The translations under genes and the position numbers were made by a program. A DNA stretch of 64,000 bases from Octopus bimaculoides (Eukaryota). Under the pieces are notes generated by a model. That model saw only the letters and a list, made by a program, of their open reading frames with translations. It was not told where the DNA came from and did no database searches. The DNA is taken from assembly GCF_001194135.2 (NCBI RefSeq), contig NC_068985.1:54070393-54134392 (forward strand). The letters run 5' to 3'. Below, piece by piece: positions 52,428 through 63,410 of this stretch (positions are counted from its first letter, which is position 1; every line of letters starts with the position of its first letter).

Positions 52428-55400
52428 CCACATGCACTCTCACAACTGTATAATGTTATGTTTATAAAATGATATGTTACAGAAAAAAGTAGTAGGCATT
52501 TCCATGAAGGTTATGAATCATTAAAGATTATATAAAAGGTTATTGTTAAGATAAGTGGGATTAAGGTGATAGTTAAGAGAATTTTTTTTTTCATTATCAT
52601 CATTATCTACTTTCTGTATCATTATTTTCTATTTGTTATCCCGACCCTCACCATTTCTTAATGTCTATTTTCAATTCTTGAATAGGTCAGACAAAATTCA
52701 CTAAGGCAGATTTTCAATGGCCATATACTCTCCTTGTCATCAACTTATGCATGTTTCCAAGCAACATAATACTTTCCCCTAGTCTGTATGTTTTCACAGA
52801 AGGATACAATTAAACAAGCCCACTTGTATGCAGGTGTTTCATATTTACAGAGGACGGCGAGCTGGCAGAAACGTTAGCACACTGTGCAAAATGCTTAGTG
52901 TTATTTCACCTGCCATTACTGAGGTTGACTCTGCCTTTCATCCTTTTGGGGTTGATTAAATGAGTACCAATTACGCTGTGGGGTCGATGTAATTGACTTT
53001 ATCCCTTTGTCTGTCCTTGTTTGTCTCCTCTATACTTATCCCCCACTGGGCAATAAAGAAATAAATTAGCAATGGGGTATCAAAATAAAGAGACACACAG
53101 ACATACACACAAACAACAGGCTTCTTTTCAGTTTCCACTCTCAAATTCACTCACAAGGCTTTGGTCAGCCTGGGAATATAGAAGACACTTGCCGAAAATG
53201 TCATGCAATAGGACTGAACCTGAAACTAGAAAATTGTGAAGCAAACAATTCATACTTAGTATTTTAGATAAATTTTTGATTTTTATATATTTTCTTATTA
53301 AAATTTAGATTGCTGAAATTTTTCTCGCAAATTTCCTTTAGTTTTAGGAACAATTAACCCTTTAGCATTCAGGTTATTCTGTCAAATGCAATGGTTATTT
53401 ATTACCTTCACCTTAGCAAAGGCAGAGGTATTGTTTTCAGTCATGTTTGTTTATTTATTCATTTGTCTGTAGACAAGATATCTCAAGAACCGCTGGATGG
53501 ATTTGGATGAAACTTTCAGAGATGTTTGGCCTTGTGACTGGCATGAACCGATTAGATTTTGGGATCGATCCAGTACCGGACAAGGATTCTGGATTATTTT
53601 TCTGTTTTTTTCTTTTAATTTAATTTTTGAGAGTGGCTGAGTTCATTGTTAGTATTCTCATTGTAAAAATAATCTCTGGCTAATCTTTGAGAGGACATTG
53701 GTGTTGCCTTGGTGGAAGTTTGCACTCTCTGAGTGCTCTTGTTCACATTGTTCTGAAGTTATTGTGCATTATCTTGTAGCTTCAAGATTTCAATGATGTG
53801 ATTGTTTATTTTTACAATGATATTGAAGGGTAGGTGAGAGAGCCTGAATGTGGCCAGTTTGAACATAAAACAGGTAGAATATTTTGACTGGATATGGCCG
53901 TTTTAAATGCTAAAGGGTTGTTGTTAGATATAAAAACTGTCTTGCTGTCTTGAATTTCTATGCTTACAATCTCATCTCTACTTCTATCTAAATGGTACAG
54001 CTCTCATTTCAAAAATATTTTTTCCTTCTCAAAAGAGAAAAATAACAAAGAAATACAAAAAGAAGAAAGAAAAATGAAAAGGGTTGAAAGTAAGTGAGTA
54101 GGTAAAGAGAAGTGGATACAATGAATGATTTAAAACTGGAGAACAACAAAGAAAAAAAAAAAGAAACAAAAGCAAACATGCACAAGCAAGCAGATAAAAC
54201 ATATATAAAGGTAGGCGATATTTGGAGAAATTAAAACAGATAAGAGTCAATAGGTAGATATATAGAGAGATATATAAATAGGCAAAGGGGTTTAAAAGAT
54301 GAAAACACAACTGTTTTGGTTACATACAAAATGCAAATAAATCTGACCCAATAAATCTGTGGTTTACCACACAAATATAGTGATTTAAAAGTTTTGATGC
54401 TTTTATAACCATTCTGTATATAAATTTAAGATGGAAAAAAAAAACTAAATTAAATAAAAAAAAATATATAAAGAGAGGGTTGAGCTTCACTGATCTGCAA
54501 ACAGATCAATGATACCAAAGATGACCTGGAAGAATTTAGATATAATGTTCAAGAGATCGATATTCCCCCCTCCCCCGCAATATATTTTGAAATAGAAAGG
54601 AAAGGGGAAAAGTAAATAAGACAATCCTTTATGATCTCAAGTCTCTAACTTGATCCAACAGGTTGTTTAAAAAGCATCTTGTTGATGGGTGGTAAAGTAA
54701 GACATTCTTAATTTGTCAAACTAAGTCTCCACAACACTAATATCAAGAAGTCTTCTTGTGAACGTGACCTGGGCATTACTGTCAACCGGAATTTGTGCTG
54801 GACAAAGCACATCTCTAAAACTTCAAGAAAGCTGAGGGTGTCTTGGCATCACTCAGCAAGACCTTTGTCAGCCACTCTCCAGCTATCTATTTAAGGCTGT
54901 ATATGGCTATGGTGTGGCCACACTTGGAATTTGCATGACCAGTCTGGAACCCCTATCTTGCTCAGGACAATGACCTCCAGACTTAGTAAACACCCACAAA
55001 ATTATCAACCACCGTACTAACAACCACCTTCAGCACCTTTTTGAACTCCACACATAGGCATGCCTACAAAGTCAGAAAACAGCACCGTTCCCATGACTTT
55101 CGGAAACATTTTTTCACACTCAGAGTTGCTGAAACATGGAACAAAGTACCTGCATCAGTTGTTAGTTGCCGAGACACTGCATCCTTTAAAACCCCCATAC
55201 TTCCTGAAATTTGCCAAGACTACACCAGATATCCCCACCTCCATATGCATGCACGCATGTGCATCATGACTCATACACTGTTCACTTTCCTGACTTTTCT
55301 ACATAATTCTATGTACTATACATGCATCTTTGATGAGTTATAGTGCACTTGAGCACTGTATACAATAATTTCGTTATTATTATTATAGGATGGAGAAGGA

Positions 55401-55618
55401 CAATGCCAATTTGAAGTCGGACCACTGGGACACTGAGCTACTAATTACAGTCAATTAGAAAGTCACCACCTGACAGTGATGGTCACGGGTTTTCCCTAAC
55501 AACAATTGTGACATTGGAATTATAGTTTGAACTTTGAATTAATACTAGATCATAGAATAAGTTTAATTACAACAAAACTACTGCAACAACAACAATAGCA
55601 ATAATAATAAAAGCAATA

Positions 55619-55673
<55 letters not shown>

Positions 55674-56947
55674 TGATGATGATAATAATAATAATAAATG
55701 CCCTGATGCAGTATCAGGCAGTGGCTCTCAAGGCTTCTGATCTTAACTGATTGGAAGTGTTATCATGTACATTGTTTTGTCTTGGTATAAAAGATGGGCT
55801 ACAGCAAATATTCTGCTTAATACCACATACCACAGATTTACTTGCCAGTTGCTTGACCGTAACCAGCTGAGTATGTCCCTTAGTGGCTGATGATATGTGC
55901 ATCTCTTATCATGAGCAGAAGTAGTAGGGGAGCATCATAGCCATGTGTTGAGAGGAATTTTGGGGGGCTCGGATAATTCACCTTTGGAAACAGGAGTGTT
56001 TTGTTCAACATCCTTAACCCTTATTCAGGGACCTTTTAAGCGGGATGGGCTACTCGACCTGAAGAAAATTCTAACTGGAGCCCCATCTGCAAGGTCATGC
56101 GTTGTTTATCTTGATATGAGATCACCATGTCACGCACATATAGTTGTGATGCATGTGCCTGGTGTACCCTTATCAGACAAGTAGTCATGATGGATATATT
56201 CAGTTCATATATTTGTACCCCAGGGTCATTTTGATGGCATGCACTGCTCTCTCACTCAATAATAATCCTTTCTACTATAGACACAAGGCCTGAAATTTTG
56301 AGGGGAAGGGTTAATCGATATCAACCGCAATAAAACTTATTTTATCAACCCTGAAAAGATGAAAGACATAGTCAACTTCATCAACATTTGAACTCAGAGT
56401 GTGAAGAGCCAGAAAAAATGCTGCTAAGCATTTTGTTGGAACAATAATGATTCTGCCAACTGATTGCCTTAATAATAACAACACCAATGATTCTTTTCAC
56501 AATAGGCACAAGGCCCAAAATTTAGATGGTGGTAGTGGTGGTGGGGTTAGTCAATTACATTGACCCCCAAGGCTCAACTGGTACTTATTATATTGACTCC
56601 AAAAGGATGAAAGGTAAAGTCAGCTTCAGTGGTATTTGAAACCAGAACGCAAAGGCAAATGAAATGCTATTAAGCATCTTATCCCGCGTGCTAATGCTTC
56701 TGCCAGTTCAGTGCCTAATTATAACAAAAATGGTTTCAAATTTTCGCTACAAGACCTGAAATTTGGGAAGAGTGGGGCTAGTCAATTACATCAACCACCC
56801 CAATACTCAACAGGTACTTATTATATTGACTCCAAGAAGGATGAAAGGCAAAGTCAACCTTGGCAGAATTTGAACTCAGAATGTAAAAGCCAGAAGTGCC
56901 AATAAGCATTTTGTCCAGTGCAGTGACAATTCTGCCAGCTCAATGCC

Positions 56948-56980
<33 letters not shown>

Positions 56981-59900
56981 GGAATGGTAACAGTAGTAGT
57001 AGTAGCAGCAGCAGCAATAATAATTTCTAACATAGGCACAAGGCCATAACAGTAGTAAGAGCAATAACAATAGTGAATAGGATGACTAGGCAAAATGCCA
57101 GTTATATAAGTGGAGTATAGTAGATTGGATCAACCTTAGAGTTGTAGTGGAATGTTGAATAACAACAACAAAACAGAAAATGAAGTTTAATTGGAAGCTA
57201 TTAAATATTAGATATGGAGATGTTTGCAACAATTCCATTGTTCCAACATAACTGATACTGCTGATCATGGTGGTGGTGATGGTGATAGTGATGGTAGGGA
57301 AGTGATGTTGATGATGATAATGATGATAATAGTGGTGGTAGTGGTAATGGTTGTGGTGACAGCAATGATGATGACAATGATAGTGTTGGAGGCAGTCATG
57401 ATTTTGATGATGGTAAAGTATTTGTGGGCAGATTAAAAATGGTATGGAACAGGGGAATAGGAACAAAACATTCCCAATCTCTCTGTATTTCTGCTCAATG
57501 TCTGTAAGATAATGCCAACATTTTCAAGAAAGGAAGACAGAAAGCTGTTAAAACTCTATTATACTACTGACTGGTCTAACTGAGAAACAAGCAAGTCGAC
57601 AGATAAAACATCTGCAACAAATCCAATGGAGGGAGGATAACAACATCCTGAAGTTTAAAAAAAAAAAAAAAAAAAAAAATAAGAGGAAATAGGAAAGTTC
57701 TAGAGAAAGAAACTAAAATAAAGGAGAGGCAAAACCTAGTCAAGGAAGAAGGAAAACAATGTGATATAAACTAAAAAGAGAGAGTGAGAACACTGTTGAC
57801 AGAATGTTAGTAATTCTGAAGGAATTACTAAAGTGAACCCAATGCAGAACTAAGAAGTTACTCAATCCTTTTGATACCAATCTGCCTGAAACCACACTGA
57901 GTTCTTTGATATAAACTCCCTGTTATATTGTGATCTAAATTAGAACCTTCCATCAAAAGTTTATGTTCCAAAAAAAAAAAAAAAANNNNNNNNNNAAAAA
58001 AAAAAAAAAGCATTTTAACAATGACAAAATTATTTAAATAAATTCTTAATTATTTTCAAAATTAATTGAAATAAAAAACTGTATTTCACCAGAAATATGG
58101 TAACAAAAGGGTAAAGTTATCGAAATTAAAACCTACCAAAATTTTATGGTAATTTGTTTCAAAAAACCAGTTTTAAAATGACAAAATTATTTAAATAAAT
58201 TCTTAATTATTTTCGAAATTAATTGGAATAAAAGGCAGTGTATTTCAACAGAAATATAACAAAAGGGTTCAAGTAAAATTGATTTAATGACCTTCAACAG
58301 TGTTGAGCGGATTAAATAACACTAATAGATAATATGGAAGTTGTTATTTATGCTACATGCATTCCTGCAAGCTCTTTTTGCATCCCAAATTACAACCAGC
58401 CTTCTGGCATCTTGCCAAATGAGTCTAGCAACTTCACAGGATTTTCATACCTGCTACTCCTTAATCAAGACAGCTTTAGAAGTAACATTCCCACTGATAA
58501 AACCAATACATTTGAGGCTTGCTTTTGCTTCAAACTCCACACTGCAGACACAACTCCCATTTCCCCAACTTCTTCATTCCACCAATGCCACTACCATCTA
58601 ATTGTAAAGCTACAAAAAGTGGGAACATCTCATTTTCCTGCAACCCAACACTATGATTTGACCAGCTGGTATCAGTTCGATAACACTCGACAATATATTT
58701 CTGAGCTAGCTCCTATTATCACCAAACTCTTCAATCTTTATCTTCAAAGGATATATCCCTATCACACTGATGGTAGATCTCAGTTGCTCAGTAAATTGAA
58801 TTACTTGCTTCTGAATTCACATATAAGTGGCTGGGTATTCATTCCACAGGCACATGTACCCTTAATGTAATTTTCCAGAAAGATCAGCATGACACAATGT
58901 GTCACAATGCAGTACCTTTTGAATTACAAGCACAGTTCATTCAAGAGGGGTTTTATGCAATTTCCATGAATTCTACTTTAATTGTCTAAGATGCCTCACA
59001 CTCAAATACCAGCTTGATAGGGTAAAGACCGCTTTTGGTCATGAATGACCATGGGATTGCACCTAGAAAATTCCCCTCCAAGACACAAGTCTGAGCAAGT
59101 GTGTTTACGGAAGACCATCCATTGCCCATACATACCAGCCTCCCCTCTCCATGACACTGATGTTATCCAAGAGAAAGGCAAAGGCTGATACAGCTTGGCA
59201 TCAGTGACATTGCAACTCATGTACAGCTGAATGAACTGGAGCAATGTGAAGTAAAGTATTTTGCTCAAGAACACAACACACAGCTGGGGAATCGAACTCA
59301 CTACCTCATGATTGTGAACCCAGTACTCTAACCACTGGGCCAAAATTTTTATTTTTATCTTTTATTGTTTACTTGTTTCAGTCATTGAACTGTGACCATG
59401 TTGGGGGTACTACCTTGAAAAGTTTTAGTCAAACAAATTGACCCCCCAGAGCTTTTTTTTTTAAAGCCTGGTACTTATTCTATCAGTTTCTTTTGCTGAA
59501 CTGCCAAGTTATGGGACATCAGCAAACCAACATCAGTTGTCAAGCAACAGTGAAAGACAATCATAAATACACATACACATATGTACATACATGATAGGCT
59601 TCTTTCTGTTTCCATCAACAAAATCCACTAACAAGGTTTTGGTTGTCCCAAAGCTATAGTAGAAAAGATGCCTCACAGTGGGACTGAATCCAGAACCCTG
59701 TGGTTGGGAAGCAAACTTCTTATCACACAGTCATACCTGCACCTATAAAACGATGAACAGCCTTAATTGGTCTTTTGGACCTTATTGGATTCTCACCAGA
59801 AGTGTCTATATCATACAGAAATATGGTAAGAAAAGGATTAAAAGCAGTGGGTTATAGACAACAACTTTGGTCACTGGAGAACAAATTACAACCAATGAAG

Positions 59901-60270
59901 GTCATTAATTAACACTGACAGTGAATTGATACTATATTTGACCCCTATCAGGATTTAAAAAGGTATTTAATTTGAAACTTAATCAACAATAACAACAACA
60001 TTAGAGAAGAAAGTTTTAAAATGTTTAAATAATTTTCTTCTTTTAAATACATTTTAAAAGCCTGAGAGCTCCATTTAAGGCACACAAATGTTTTAGCGGT
60101 TCTATATTTAAGAGATGAGGAATTATGTACATTATTTACAATTGCCGGATATTTGTCCTCATCTTGTTTGTTGTTAACACGTTTCACCTGATATACCCTC
60201 CAGCCTTCATCAGGTGTCTTGGGGAAATTTTGAATCTGGGTACTCACTCCTAAGGTATTTTTTGATGTTG

Positions 60271-60312
<42 letters not shown>

Positions 60313-60635
60313 TCACTGTCTAGAATCGAACTTGGAATTTTGGGGTTAGTAGCCTGCACTCTTAACCACTACGCCATATGCCCATGGGCATGATAGAAAA
60401 GAACGGAATTGTTCATCATGATCATCATTATCGTCATCATCAAAATCATCAAGATCATTGTCCCATCAAAACTAATCAAGAAATCATTATTTCTGTTATG
60501 TATAAGACAACTAGATTATTAATACTTATATTGTGACAGTAAAATATAATTAACTCAGAGAAAGAAAGAAAGAATTGGTAAAATAAACAAAAAAAAAACA
60601 ACTGAATTAATGAGAAAGAGAAAGAGAGAGAAAGA

Positions 60636-60683
<48 letters not shown>

Positions 60684-63333
60684 GAGAGAAGGAGAGAAAG
60701 AAAGAAAGAAAGAAAGAAAGAAAAAGAGAGAAAAATAGAGAGAAAGGGACAGACAAACAGAGCATCTGATAGACAGCTTGGAGAGAAAACAGCAATTATC
60801 AAAGAGAACTAAAAGAAGCCAATTATAAACTGTTATCATTTAAGATTGTGTTAATTGCTTCCAATGCTCTGGTGTTAGTTTAAAAAGTTTCATTAAAATA
60901 TACAGCAAAGCTGGTCAAATACTCCCTTTACTATAGAGTGTAAGTCACAGCAGGTGGCAAACAGAATGAAAATAGTATTCCAAATTTCATACATAGGTCG
61001 GAAATGTTCAATCAAAATTATTTACAAGAAACTAAAAATTTCCAAATAACTCTCGACTCTGAGAGGGGAAAGAAAAATCTCAGCTATAATCCAAAGTTAT
61101 TTGTAGATCAGAACCTTTAATGAAGGTCTACACCTCAGCTTTAAATCCCAATTGTAGTTGTATTTATTTCAGTAATTTTTGTAGGAAGTTAATTGCGTAA
61201 TTGCATTCACATGGTGTTTAAATGAAAAATAGTTAAATCACATTGAGAAATTATTATCAAATTAAAATAAATCAATTTGAACATTAACTGTGAACTCAAG
61301 GGAAAAGTAACTACTAACTTCTGTTCTCCTTAGTTTTCTCTCTTTAAAATATCATGGGAAGCAAATAGTGTAACAAAAGGACAACTGGTGTTTTCTTTAT
61401 AGTACCTACCTTGTAGGTGAGCTATATTTACTGAATTTGGTAGCATAAAAGATATACATAGGCATATTTGATGCACCCCAGTTTCAGAAGTGCATATTCA
61501 GGAATAAAAGTTTCTCATGCATTATAAAGCATGTTATATTTAGAGTAACTTCATCTTATATACCATCAAATATGATAGTTGATAATCAGCCCCATGGCCA
61601 AATGGTTACAGCATTAGAGCACTGCACTCATGATTCTGTCATTGTGGGTCTTATTCTTGAAATAGGTAGCATGTTGTGCCCTTGAGCAAGACACTTCATT
61701 TCACACTGCTCTAGCACATCCAACTGAAAATAAGAACTAGAAACACCTTGGAAATTTGGATAAGCTCCAACCTTATGGAATGTGTAGGTTTGAGACAGGT
61801 TATATTTAGTTGATCAGCAGCTCCTGATGGTTTAATTATTTTATTTGTAGGTATTTCTTAATTAATGTTGCAAATTCTCCTTACATGTAGGCCTGGGGAA
61901 GATATTTAGTTTAGCTTTTAGCTTTCACTTGTTTCAATCATTGGTCTGTAGCCATGCTGGGGCATTATTGTCTTAAAGGGATTAGTCAAACAAATTGACC
62001 CTAGTACTTAATTTTTTAAAGTCTAGTACTAGTATGGAATTGCTAAGTAATAGAGACATTAACAAACCGACACTAGTTGTCAAGAGGTGGGTGGGAGCAA
62101 ACACACACACACAACAGACTTCCATATAGTTTCTGTCTATCAAATTCACTTAAACACCATTGATCAGCACCTAGGGTTATAGCCAAAGACACTTGCCCAA
62201 GGTGATACTTCTTAACCACACAGCCATGCCTGTTTTTAATCAACTTTAATTCTTATTTGTAGATGTTTCTTAATCAGTGCTGCAAACTGTCTTTAATTGT
62301 AAAATGTAAAGGAATCAACACTGATCTATGTTCTTTGTTCTGAATACACTTTGTTTGCAAAGAGAGAACTTCCTATAGTTGAAATAGGAACAGATTATAT
62401 AAGCTATACAGAGCTCAGTAAAATAGATGGTAAGAGAGAAAGGCAGGCAGGCAAGGAAATGTTAGTGTTTCAGAATGTTTGGGGGGAAGGGAGTAGTGAA
62501 GAAAGTGTTAAAGAGACAAGATATTTGTTACTACTCAGAGTACATCTACATTAGTATTATGAATCTTAATATTAGAATTTGAGAAGTTGATACCAACCTA
62601 ACTGAGACTGTTTCCAATGATAGAAAACTGTACATTTTAAAATGTATTTCATTGAAAACTTTCTGTCCTAATATAATGCTTAAAAAATAAACTAAACAGT
62701 CCAACACATGGGTACAAAAGGGTTGAAGGTACATTAGGGTCAGTGCAAATAGCATAAAGGTTAACAATTTCGGTTTATAAAAGAAATAATAGTTTAATGT
62801 CTCTTCTCTGTTCTAAAGGCAAAACTACTGAGCAGAAATTTGTACAACCTGTTGCAATAAACTGGTTCCTATCGCTACAGTTCTACTTAGGAGAATTCTT
62901 TTCTCCCTATGTGTGTGTGTGTGTGTGTAACTAAACGTGCTGTTGATGATTTCTTTTTCTTCTTTGGACTTTTCCCTTTCTCCTTCCTGATGAAAAGCTC
63001 TGCTCAAAACGTCAAAAACTCCCTTTTCACTGAGTGTCAAACTAATACATTCCTTGTGCATGTCCTCTTGTTTGTTGTCTGTTAATTTTATTATTCATTT
63101 TTTAAATTTTTAATTGATTGTTCATTTGAATTGACTATATACATAATCCTTTATTGTTAGTCTAACAAAATATATTTTGTTTCTCCTATGGCTCTTTGGG
63201 AACTAAAAAACAATATTTAGAGGGGCTACTTTAAGGAAAGAAGGAAAATACGATATTCACTCTCAGACTTAGTGTTCATTTCTTTATTCTGAGTGGCTGG
63301 ACATAGCTCCTTTTGAACTTGTCTCCCCCAAGA

Positions 63334-63410
<77 letters not shown>

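Noticed and set aside
58334-58870. 178-aa plus-strand ORF
   Set aside because: It is a frameshifted LINE remnant, not a host gene.
61410-61430. 21-nt segment with AG and AAG|gtaggt donor
   Set aside because: In the required phase 0 it starts with TAA.
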